The notes under the pieces were generated by a model. The model had not been told where the DNA came from, did no database searches, and saw nothing but the letters and a program-made list of their open reading frames with translations. Both the position numbers and the translations under genes were made by a program. A stretch of 63,486 nt of DNA, counting the filler, from Dugesia japonica (lineage: Eukaryota), in NCBI GenBank assembly GCA_001938525.1. It is 5 parts of 5 records of this genome, joined end to end, with 100 filler letters (N's around TTAATTAATTAA, not from the genome) between each part and the next. Parts side by side here need not be neighbours in the genome. Positions count along the whole stretch, not along the records: positions 30,731 to 47,088 come from MQRL01498293.1; positions 47,189 to 63,486 come from MQRL01589498.1; 3 more parts are not named here. One strand, written 5' to 3'. Positions 39,931 to 50,875 of the stretch are shown here, piece after piece (the stretch's first letter is position 1; each line of letters begins with the position of its first letter).

Positions 39931-40457
39931 GCTCCACTATTTTTATAAGGATTTAAATAGAGACCTTTTCCATGTTTTGTTATTATTATTCCAGTTTAAA
40001 ATTTTTTTGTTACATTTTTTAATTTATAATTTTTAATGTTATTCTTTAAATATTTATGAATTGCACTTTCTTGATTTGGATTTAAATAAAGACCTTCTCC
40101 ATCATATTCTTCTTCTTCTTTTTCTTCTTCATCATCATCATCCTTAATACCACTACCTTTAGGAGGTTCAACCGGTTTCATCATATCAATTTCTTTTTGT
40201 GTTTTCATTGCCTGTTTAGCTTTTACTACGGTATCTACAATTCCAGATGCAAGTCCTGCAGTTCCGGCTAATGCTCCGATAATTGCAGGTATAGCAGCTA
40301 AAAATGCAAATCCCCCAACATGAGATTTCTTTTTTAATTCATCTTTTACTTTTTTACTAATATAATAATTTTTACCATCTATCTTTACTGATTTACATTT
40401 TCTAGAATTTACTATTTTTTTTAATTCTTCTTCTGTTATATTTGTTTCACTCGCCAT
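39927..40457 (-). pseudogene. Virion core/cement protein with protease-cleavage motifs; in-frame stop at 39996
   Basis: VGG/FAFLAAIPAIIGALAG, GSG, GEGLYLNP; a second GKGLYLNPY lies in frame after the stop; final TGA overlaps the penton ATG. Confidence 0.72.
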
Positions 40458-40511
40458 TTTCTTTTATAAAAATATACATGATAATGTATTATTTATAATG
40501 TCTAATCTCGA

Positions 40512-43500
40512 TTACCACATTTCATATTTTTCACATTTATATTTATTTCCATGTGGCCGTGTTCTTATTCCATTATCTCCTATAATTCTTTTATCATCGA
40601 AAGCCATTAAGGAAATCTTTTTCTGTTCAACTAATTCAATTTCATGTGCATTGGATACTAATGAATAATTTGTTCCATAAAATTCTTTCTTTGGATCTTT
40701 TAATACTACATCAAAATCTTTCATTAAAATTTTATTGTTTTTCTTTAAACCTTTATTTCTTGAATCATATCCTCCTTCGTAAGTGTATCCATAAGATTTC
40801 GCTTTTATAAAATTACCTTGAATTATTTCTTTATTAGGTAATTCATCTTTCATTTGAAATAATTCATTTCCTAGTAAACTTTCTAGTTTTATTAAATTTT
40901 CTTTACCTTTTATCTCAACAAAGATTGAATCGGTGTCACTGTAATGTATTTTATAATTATTATTTCCTATTAAATGTGCCATTTGATTGTATATAAAATC
41001 ATACATTGTTTCTTTTGCATATTCAAGAATTTTAAAACCTATATATGGAAATTTATTATATTTTAATTTTGCTTTTATCATATGCATTGCCGCTACATTG
41101 GCTTCATTAGTATCATTTGTTGTAAATATTTTACTTGATTTAAAATTTACTTTAGATGCGAATTTTTGGTAATCTTTGTCATTATCTAAAATTTCTATGT
41201 TGCATCTATTTCTGATATTTTCTAATGTTTTTCCATAAAATACATTCAACATTAATTTATAAATATAATCACCGAAAACATCACCATTTCTTTTAGCTTC
41301 TTTTCTAAATTCTATTAATTTATGAACATAATTTCTAAACCATGGACATGTTTTCATTAAAAATTTCTTATGTACTTTTGTTAATTTCATTCCAAGTCTT
41401 ATATATAAATCTAGTGTGCTTCCAAGAACAACATTATTTTTCTTGTCAAATTGATTCAATGTAAGTTTAATATTTTTCTTTGATAATTTCTTACCAAAAG
41501 CTTTTTGATAATTACTTAACATTTCTTCTGTAATATTTATTCTTTCTGGACATAATGGAAAATATTTTGTTTTATCATGTAATTCTTTTGGATATTCTAA
41601 ATCAACTTCATAAATATAATTCATGTTTTCATTTGTTATTTCATATTCTAAATTTTTAGACTCACTGATTTCTCCTGTAGGTAAAGGTTTTGTCATACAA
41701 CTTGCATATAAAGAATTTTCATCAATATATTTTATAAATGTATCTTCAAAATAATCATCTGGAATATTTTTTCCTTCTTTTAATAATTTTATTAAATCTT
41801 CTTGTTGAGCTTTATTTATTTGTCTATAAAGTTTTTCTGAATTGTGAGAATAAACTTGTCTTTCTCCTGTTACACCAGAATATCCCCCTCTAATGCCTTC
41901 TTCTATTTTTAAGAATTGGTCATAAGTTTCAGATTTCGCATATTTTAATTTAACATTTCACATTCCCATGAATAACCTGGAGCTGAATATGAATAACATG
42001 GATCTAATTGTAAAATATTATTTAAACTTTTATTACGAAAATTTTCTATGAAATCTGAAAGGATTAAAACACCAAGTTTCATATAATGTAACATGTAATC
42101 ATGCATATTATCATGTTCTTGAAAGTCATCAAGAAATGCCGCATATCCATCATCAGTGATTCCTTTTTGTGTTAATGTATTAAAGAAATCATCTTTAGTT
42201 GGAATTTTATTTGATTTTAATAATTCTTCTACTTCTCTTAAATCTTTTCCTTTTACATATTCATATGGAAATAATGCTTTCTTAGGTTTTAAATTAAAGG
42301 AATTTAATATTGGATAATTATTTGATGCTGTTAATAATTTTCCCATCACCTCGACTGGTGTAAATGGTAATAATCTTGCCGAATCTAAAAATCTAATATT
42401 TCTTTTATATTCAAATGAAATATAATTATCTGATGAATGTGGAATTATTCTTTTAACTGAAGATGGATATTTTGTTAATAATTCTCTAAAGAATAAATGA
42501 TTATCATAACCAGATGCATTGTGAAAATAAAATGGTATAATTAATTTTTTATCAGAAAGATCATTTAAATTACATTTATTACATGACCATCCTCTAAATT
42601 CAACATTAAAATGATTATGATCTTTAACTGGAATTCCATATATTTCTTAATCACAATATCTACATTTTGTGTCGGGTATATATTCAGTAGCTTCTCCTGT
42701 AAATTCTTTTATTAATTTATTTTCTTTAATGTCTTCTAATTTATTATTCATTTCCTTTAAAAATTTAAAGAATTCTTTATGAAGATTTTTACCTGTGAAT
42801 AGATAATATTTACTTTCTAATAATTCTGGATATTCGCTAAGAAGATAAACACCTAAAGCTATAGCGTTTTGTTTTTTAGTTACTGTATCTGTGTAGGCTT
42901 CAAAATCTCCTATAAGTATAAATGGAATTTTATTTTTCTGATAATATTTATTAAATTGATAATAATCATTATATTCAAAAACAATATTATTTGGTTTGTG
43001 CTTAATACAAGCTTCTTGATGTCTCATTAAAATTTCTTCAGTTGAATAACAATTCATACATCTAAGACAAGGATAATTTCTATTAGTATTTGTTGTGAAA
43101 AATATAGACATATTTTGACATAAAATATAATGATCTTTATATACTATCAAATTACATTTATTTTCTTTTGGATCTGGTTTTACTATGTGATGTGAAACAT
43201 ATAATGGTTCAAGTTTTTTATTATCATTTACTCCGAACACATTTATTTTCCAATTATTTAAATTTTCGAATTTTTTTATTTCATCAATTTTTATTGGAAA
43301 TTTAAAATCTGTATAATCTAATTCCGATAAATGCTTAACATAATTTCCTACTCGTGTTGGATGATCAGATAGATATCTATGAGCTAAAATTGAATAAGGA
43401 AAACATTTATTATCATCATTTTTTATATTTATTACTCCTTGTTTTGTAAATGGTAATTTGCAATATGTTGCTCCTGCTAATGATTTATATTTTGATAATT

Positions 43501-44224
43501 CAATTTTATAACTAAGAATTTTTTTCAATGCCCATCCTGATTCAGATTGAGCTTCATCTTCAATATATCCTTGTAAATTGTTAAATATTTCATTAAAACC
43601 TTTTCCTATTTTAGATTGAATTACAAATCTTTTATTTGTTGAATAAGAAGTAAATTCTCTTTCTACATATTTCTCCTGTGATTCTTTTCCATATCGACAT
43701 TTTACCCACATGCTTACAATAATCTTTTTTCCATACTTAAAATATTTTTTAACTATTTCTCTAACTTCATCTTGAAATATGTTAATATCTTTAATTGGTT
43801 TTAAAAATGTTTGTTCTACATTTGTTTCGATTGTTACTTTACTTTCTTTAAAATAGTCAATTTCATAATATTTATATTGGTTTATAATTTCTCTAATCGA
43901 TGAATTTTCATTAATTGCTTCCATAGCTTTTAAATGCTTTTTAAAATTGTTTTGATGTTTCTTAGAATTTATGAGTTATTACATGATTTCTTCTAGTAAA
44001 GTGAGTGCCGCATATTCTACACGTTGTTGGAAAATTTCTTGTGTTTCCAAAAGTAGTTAAATGTTTTTGTAAACCAAATTGTGTTCTAAAGTTTTTTTTA
44101 ACATTTATTACATTGAAATGTTCTTCTTTCTGAATAACACGATCTATAATCAAGATGTCCTTTTAATCCTGCTAAATTCTTAAAAGTCTTTTGAGATTTT
44201 TGGACATTTGTTTATTTCACTCAT
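40512..44224 (-). pseudogene. Protein-primed family B DNA polymerase with N-terminal zinc fingers and endonuclease-VII-like insert; several stops and frameshifts
   Basis: GDFEA (ExoI), FHNASGYD (ExoII), YIDENSLY (A), KLMLNVFYGK (B), YSDTDS (C); CRYC..VKDHNH..FRGWSCNKCNL; three CxxC..H fingers at 43940-44224. Confidence 0.95.
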
Positions 44225-44282
44225 TTTATAAATTTTTAATTTAATCATATTAACTTTATATTTTAACAGAACACTTACATGT

Positions 44283-44717
44283 TAAATGTTTCCTCTTAAA
44301 TGTATCATGTGATATTTCATAAATTACTTCGTGTCACATTTTTCATTTTTCATAAATTACTTCGTGTCACATTTTTTCATCTTACATCTTGCGCCATGCA
44401 TGGCGCATTTTTCGTAAATTACTTCGTGTTACATTTTTCATTTTTCATAAAATACTTTCGTGTTACATTTTCCATTTTTCGTGAAATATTTTTTCATAAA
44501 TTATTTTTTCATAAATTATTTTTTCATAAATTATTTTTGATACAATATGTTATCGTGCGATATTTCTATTTAAAATAATTTATGAAAATCCACAAACGCG
44601 ATTTTCATAAATCGCAAAAAAAATAATTCATGAAAAATGCAATTTAAGAAATCTAAAATTTAAAATTCCGTTTTGAAATTTTCTTTTTTCGGCCGAAATC
44701 CAATATACTACACTACT
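44283..44717 (-). repeat. Right TIR of Polinton A (~435 bp)
   Basis: Inverted match to the left end; minus strand begins AGTAGTGTAGT, a Polinton-type terminus; outer limit inferred from that motif. Confidence 0.85.
44390..44407. promoter_or_regulatory. 18-bp perfect palindrome, copy 4
   Basis: TGCGCCATGCATGGCGCA in the right TIR. Confidence 0.6.
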
Positions 44718-47088
44718 ATTATATAATAATATTTTTCTCGAATCATTGCAACACTTATATTCCCCGTATTCAAGAATTCAATTAGTGTGTAACTACCACT
44801 TTTTATGATAATACAATTTGATTCATTTGGATTTAGTTATCAATACTAATATGGCGATCACGTTAAATACAAGCGAACTTATGAGATTAATTCCGCAGCC
44901 GAAGATATTCTCCCCAAATATGGAAGTAGACGATTTTATTGTGGACATAAGGGGTTTTTTTGATTTAATCCAAATCAACCCAGAACAGAGAAATATCTTA
45001 ATTCGAGCTTCTGTGGACGAAGATTTGAGAAGACAATTAGAGAAGTTCAATGGTTCCGATAATTACGAAGAAAATTATTTGGTACATCCAGTAATCTTGC
45101 AGAAGACTTACAAAATGCTTTGCAATATAGAAAAAGGAACAATCAAATCAAAGAATTTATCCAACAAGTTGAAAAAGATAGAGAAAGTAATGCGACACAA
45201 ATTGATGTCGACGAAACTTACCGCATTTTTATTAAAGTAATGTTTGGATGATAAAACAATGAAAGACGAAGGGGCTAGATTTGAGTATACAGAATGGCTT
45301 CTCTAATTAAAATCGGTTAAAAAGAAAATCAAAGAAAATAAAGATCAACTCCAGTGAGATATATAAAAGAAGTTTTGAAATCAGTCGAGGAAAGAAATCG
45401 AACTCCAGATATATCGGTTCTCAATAAACCAAGTTATGCCCAAGTTACTAGGCAAAAATACAATTTGTATTCATTTAATCAAAGGAATGTTCGAAGTGAG
45501 ATGATTGGAAGAAAGAATCCCGGTCAAGAATTAAGAAATCAATATGAAACCAACAATGAAAGACAATTCCAAGGAAGAACAACCCATACAAAATCAATAT
45601 ATTCTGACAATTATCAGAAAGCTATTCAATGTTATGGATGCCAAAAATAAGGCCATATCAGAAGAAATTGTTGAATTTGCGTTGTTCAACGTGTCAAATG
45701 AGAGGACATTTAAGCAGAAATTGTTTTCAATCAAGGAAAATTACAGAGAGAAGAATTTTACCAATAGAAAAAATTATGATAATTACAAAACTCAGAATTT
45801 TGAAGAGAGGAGATTTCTCAATAGGAAAAACTACGAAGCTTCGACCAAAGGGGAAATGATCGGAGCTATTTAGATGGAGTTAGTGTTGTCTTTGATTCGA
45901 GATTTATTAAATATGAATTTGATGCTGTGAATATATGTGACTGTATGTCTGTTTATATTGTATGTTTGAATGAATGTTCTGAACATAATTTAGATTGTTT
46001 TGTTAATTCAAATAGTTATTTTGATAATTTTGATAATGATTTTAATAATGAATTTGATGTAATGGTTACAGATTTAAATTTTGAAAATAATGAAAATACT
46101 TCTTTAACTATTAATAGAAATAATGTAGTTATAGGAAATAAGTTAGATAAAAGACCGTTTGATTGTGTATAATTGAATGAAATTATTTTTGAGTGTTTGT
46201 TTGATACAAGGGGGAAAACTAGCGTTATTAGTTTCACCAAGTTGAATTGGAGGATGAATCAAAAATTAAAACAGCATTCTCTACAAAATATGGGCAATAT
46301 TATTTTAATAGTATGCCGTTTAGAATAGCCGCCGCTCCATCTACATTTCAGAAGTTAATGACAATTATTATAGGAGACATAAATTAGAAAGAAAGTTTGG
46401 TCTATCTGAATGATATTTTAATTTTTTCGAAAACAAATGATGACCATTTTTCAATTTCGAACAAGCTTTTTACAAGGATATCTAAATCTGGTTTACGAAT
46501 TAATCCTGATAAATGTAAATTTCTGGTATCGGTAATAAAATCTTTAGGTCATGTAATTAATACTGATGGAATATTGACTGATAATAATAAAGTGGAATCT
46601 ATAAAGACATTTAAAAAACCGTGTTGCGTTAAACACATCAGAAGCTTTTTGGGTCTAACTAATTACTATAGGAAATTCATTGAAGGATATTCTCAGCTAG
46701 AAAAACCACTAGAATCTATATTAAGTCCGAAAGAAAAGAAATTCATTTGGACATCTGAATGTGAAATTGCATTTGAGAAACTGAAAAAGAAAATATCAAA
46801 TGCTCCTATATTATGTCACCTTGATTTCAGTCGTGAATTTATTCTATATACGGACGCAAGTTTCAATAGTATTGGTACTGTATTGTCCCAAAAAGAAAAT
46901 TTTGGAAGAGAAAGGGTCATTGCTTACGGTTCAAAAAGTATGTCAAAACATGAAGTTAGATATTACATTACGAGAAAAGAATTACTTTCAGTATTTCACT
47001 TTACTCAACACTTCAAGCATTATTTATACGGAAAACAATTTGTATTGCGAACAGACCATAAAGTGATAACTTTTATGTTAACAACAAG
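44718..47088 (+). mobile_element. Degraded Ty3/gypsy element (LTR remnant, PBS, gag, protease, partial RT-RNase H)
   Basis: PBS-like TGGCGATCACG at 44851; knuckles CYGCQK*GH and CSTCQMRGHLSRNC; CLFDTRG; VYLNDILI; FLGLTNYYRKFI; TDAS; LRTDH. Confidence 0.88.
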
Positions 47089-47188
47089 NNNNNNNNNNNN
47101 NNNNNNNNNNNNNNNNNNNNNNNNNNNNNNNNTTAATTAATTAANNNNNNNNNNNNNNNNNNNNNNNNNNNNNNNNNNNNNNNNNNNN
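47089..47188. other. Artificial contig-joining spacer
   Basis: 44 N + TTAATTAATTAA + 44 N. Confidence 0.95.
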
Positions 47189-47513
47189 TTCTGTTATGTA
47201 TAATTCATCTTTTAACTGTACAGTATGATAAGTTACTTTAGAATAAGTCATTGTAATTTTTAGATTTTCTAATGAAGAATCATGTTTAATTAATGAAGAA
47301 TCATTTTTAAATAATGAATACATAATAGAAAGCTATCCTTTATCCATGTCGTTCGATTTATATCGAAATCCAAATTTATGTGCAATTTTCTCATGTTCAA
47401 ATGTGAGTACATATGGATATTCACAACCAAGAGTTAAATAGCCTCTGAAAGATATAAAAGCATTATCATTTTTCTTGACCGTTACGACTTTTGCTTTGTG
47501 ATTGAGTGTTATT

Positions 47514-48137
47514 TCATTTACTATATTTTTTAGATGTCATGTATTGAATTTTAGAATTGCTATATAAAGGGAATATTTGATTTACAAAGGTAAAATCTAA
47601 NNNNNNNNNNNNNNNNNNNNNNNNNNNNNNNNNNNNNNNNNNNNNNNNNNTAATTTTTACATTTTCTAATGAAGAATCATCTTTAATTAATGAAGAATCA
47701 TTTTTAAATAATGAATATATAATAAAAAGCCATCCTTTATCCATGTCGTTCGATTTATATCGAAATCCAAATTTATGAGCAATTTTCTCATGTTCAAATG
47801 TGAGTACATATGGATATTCAAAACCAAGAGTTAAATAACCTCTGAAAGATATAAAAGCATTATCATTTTTCTTGACCGTCACGACTTTTGCTTTGTGATT
47901 GAGTGTAACAGTTATTTCATTTACTATATTTTTAAGTGTCATGTATTGAATTTTACAATTGCTATATAAAGGGAATATTTGATATACAAAGGTAAAATCT
48001 AACAATGCTACTTCCCAACTTCCATCCATATAAATTGGATTTTGAAGCTCAACAATAAATTTACTACCATTACTTCCCAGATGAATAAGTGCACAGCTAT
48101 TACTCGGTAAAAGTGTAATGAAATTATTCGATTTCAT
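47514..48137 (-). pseudogene. Penton/minor capsid N-terminus of Polinton B
   Basis: FITLLPSNS..FIVELQNPIYMDGSWEVAL motif; 3' part confused by a gap and duplication. Confidence 0.82.
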
Positions 48138-49172
48138 CTGAATTATTTTCTTGATTGACTACTTGTGATGCTAATATCCAACTTGGTTTTTAATTTCCAT
48201 GCCACTTTACATAGTATTGTTTATTCTTTCGGTTCCTTTTGATTTGATTATTGTTTCTATTCTATATATCTCTGGTGGTGGAATGACTTGTAATTCTTGT
48301 TCATAGAATAATATTATCTTCATAATCTTTAATAACATACATGACCAGATTTTGTTTAGTGTTTATTTTTGATATTTGAAACACTTNATCACTCCAATTA
48401 CTATTGAAATTCTTGATAAATGGTGAAGCTGATATTTTCGAGATTCTCACGTGATCACCAACTGTATACTTTGGTTTTTTATTGGCTTTTGACTGTTTAC
48501 ACAATAACCATAACTTTAATTGATTGTTTGTACTTACATCAACCGGACTTGCTCCATTTAATCTCTTATGACTAGAATGATTATAACTATGAATAAGTTT
48601 TGGTAAAACATTTATCCAAGTTTTATTGCCAACATGTACAAAGTACTACTTTAATGCATCTCTCAATGTGCGATTAAATCTTTCTACGTGTACAGCTTTA
48701 TACTGAGAGAATACGCTATAATGGTTTATTTTTAAGTAATTTATAAGTTGTTTTACCTTGGAATTGTAATATTCCTTACCCAAATCTGTTTGTAAATTAT
48801 CAGGATGTCCATTTTTAAACATTAACTTGATTGCTGGTTCCATATCATTAGCAGACTTTGATTTAACAGGAACAACTCTTGCAAATCTACTGAATACATC
48901 GATACATGTCAAAATATACTTGTATCCTTTATTAATTTTTCAATATGGAATCATTTCCATTAGATCCATTTGCCATCATCAATACCATATGTTTTATATG
49001 CTCTTGTTGGAAATCGTTTCAACATCGACTTGTTCAGACTGTATGCTAGCTGTCTAGATAACCACTTTTTCGTCTTTCTTTTCGTTTTTTGAGCTGCTTT
49101 CATCAATTTTTCTACGCCACGAAATCCTGTTGGGTTTTTTGGATCCGTTCATATTGTCTTTAGTTTTCCCAT
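48125..49172 (-). pseudogene. rve integrase with C-terminal chromodomain
   Basis: DPKNPTGFRG, WQMDL, LTCIDVFSRFA, LQTDLGKEY, VERFNRTL, VGDHVRISK, YRIETII..KWHG..SWI. Confidence 0.92.
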
Positions 49173-49265
49173 TGCAACCATTCGATGCAAATTTTAAGTC
49201 AAAATTAGGTAATGATTGCAATCCACCCATTGTTTATTAATATAATGGTCAAAAGTTTCAATTGT

Positions 49266-49590
49266 TTATTTGAAATGAGTTAAGCCTAATGCAGCCAATG
49301 CAATTGGAACTAGTGCTGCTATAAATCCACCACCTTGATTATATTGCATTACTTTAGTCATCAATCTCCTATTATTTGTATTTACAAGCGTTAGTAAGGT
49401 TTTTCTATGTTTTTTCAATGTTTCCTTTTTAGCTTCGCTCAAATTTACATAACCACAAACAATATTTACAATAATCTCAAGTAAATCATCCATAACATAT
49501 GGTGGAAATGATTCCAAAATTCTCATTCTCATTGATTTTGATGATTTAATCAAAGCAGTAAAAACGGAATACTTCTTCCTAATTTCATTT
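49266..49590 (-). CDS. Core (pVII-like) protein of Polinton B
   Basis: LLEIIVNIVCG.V.L, basic middle, QGGG/FIAALVPIAL cleavage motif; start uncertain. Confidence 0.75.
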
Positions 49591-49621
49591 TTATTTAAAA
49601 AAGCACATACTAGTTAATTGT

Positions 49622-49966
49622 TTATAATGATATCCATTTTCCATTCATAAATTCAAGTTTCTTTCCAGTACCTTTTGCAAGTTTTTTAAACTTATTCAAT
49701 TCATTATTCTTATTTGCATATGTTTTCTTATGTAATATACATTTTCCATCCGACATTTCCAGTTTCTTTCCAGTACTTTTTGAAAGTTTTTTAAACTTAT
49801 TCAACTCTTTTTTCTTATTTGCATACGTTTTCTTATGAGATTGTTTCTTGTGGGATTTTTTTATACAAGATTGTTTTGTCTTTTTCTTCAAAACAAACCT
49901 TTTTCGTTGTTTAACAACATCACCATCAGTAACTGAATCAACTATAAATTTCTAAAACTTTGCCAT
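49622..49966 (-). pseudogene. Lys-rich basic protein with a 35-aa tandem duplication
   Basis: HKKTYANK..ELNKFKKL.K.TGKKLE twice; upstream in-frame ATG followed by an early stop. Confidence 0.55.
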
Positions 49967-49986
49967 TTTATATAATATTATGAAAA

Positions 49987-50586
49987 TTACCTATTTTGTT
50001 TATATACTGTGATACCATTAGGGTTGAATATATCTGTTCTCGGCCTATAATCATCTGGATATTGTTGTGTAAAGTCAAGAAATAGATATCCATGTGGTTT
50101 TTCTGTCGCATCTTGAAATGAGTCAATGAGAAACTGTCTGTTATTTGGATGTGCTTGTCTCGCTAGAAAATCAACAACAATCTGATCTCTAGGATTTTTG
50201 AATAGAACCAAATTGTACCTCCTTGATGAAATAGATTTTGTGTTATAAATATCACAGTCACACTACGATGTCTCGATATTTTTGTGAATAAATTATTGAA
50301 ATTCTTTTTTGTTTGCCTCCTGATACAGATCAACAAGAACAATAACATCATCTGGTCTTAATCTTTTGCTCCAATTAGAATCAAAACCATTTATTATTTT
50401 CATTTTAATATTACAAAATTCAGATTTAGTCAGACTGTGCTCCTCATCTGCACCCCTATGCCAGTAAATGTTTTTAAATTTAGACTTGAATAACTTTGAT
50501 TTCAATAATTGACATACAAACAAAGTTTTCCCGCTACCACTAGGTCCGACAATTTGATAGACTGCATCATTTCTTAATATCTCCAT
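49987..50586 (-). pseudogene. Packaging ATPase of Polinton B, frameshifted
   Basis: VGPSGSGKT, LFTKISRHR, FITQNLF, VLFKNPRD, PHGYLFLDF. Confidence 0.92.
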
Positions 50587-50789
50587 CGTGTTTTCTTTAA
50601 TTTACTCATAATTTAGTATATTGTTTACAATTAAAAGTAAAAAAACATTAAAATTCATGTGACTATGAATTTTTATTAATAAATGCAAATCAGATGCAAC
50701 TCAGATGCAACACACATACACTAAAAATACACGTCTAAGAATTTTTAAAACTCAAGCTGTCAACCATTTTGATTTTGTAAACCTCAACA

Positions 50790-50875
50790 TAGCCGCCATT
50801 TTGATTTTGCAAAACTAAGCATAGCCGCCATTTTGATTTTTTAAAACTAAACATAGCCGCCATTTTGATTTTATT
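50790..50875. promoter_or_regulatory. Three tandem GCCGCCATTTTG (YY1-consensus) units
   Basis: CATAGCCGCCATTTTGATTTT three times at ~32-bp period, plus one degenerate unit upstream. Confidence 0.6.

Larger units (their letters stand above)
30731..44717. mobile_element. Polinton/Maverick A (adintovirus-type endogenous virus, group-2-like), near complete, decaying
   Basis: TIRs, AGTAGT terminus, pPolB, rve integrase, MCP, penton, adenain, A32-like ATPase, PLA2X. Confidence 0.96.

Noticed and set aside
32106-44224. Stop-codon reassignment in Polinton A (many in-frame TAA/TAG)
   Set aside because: The stops fall where different residues are expected (Leu in F*DYD, Lys/Glu in CD*EI, His/Tyr in MCP), true gene ends also use TAA, and frameshifts coexist. 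This fits ordinary decay or sequencing error.
44300-44578. 92-aa ORF with repeated FHKL
   Set aside because: Translation of TIR repeat units. The short antisense ORFs over pol, PolB and integrase and the N-spanning ORFs were likewise dismissed.
10977-47144. Recurrent TTAATTAATTAA motif as a biological repeat
   Set aside because: Always centred in exactly 44+44 N, so it is a concatenation linker. Adjacency across these points (for example 30226-30630 next to Polinton A) is meaningless.
47235-48002. Internal duplication in the Polinton B penton
   Set aside because: Near-identical copies straddle a gap in permuted order; likely allelic or paralogous misassembly and not interpretable without reads.
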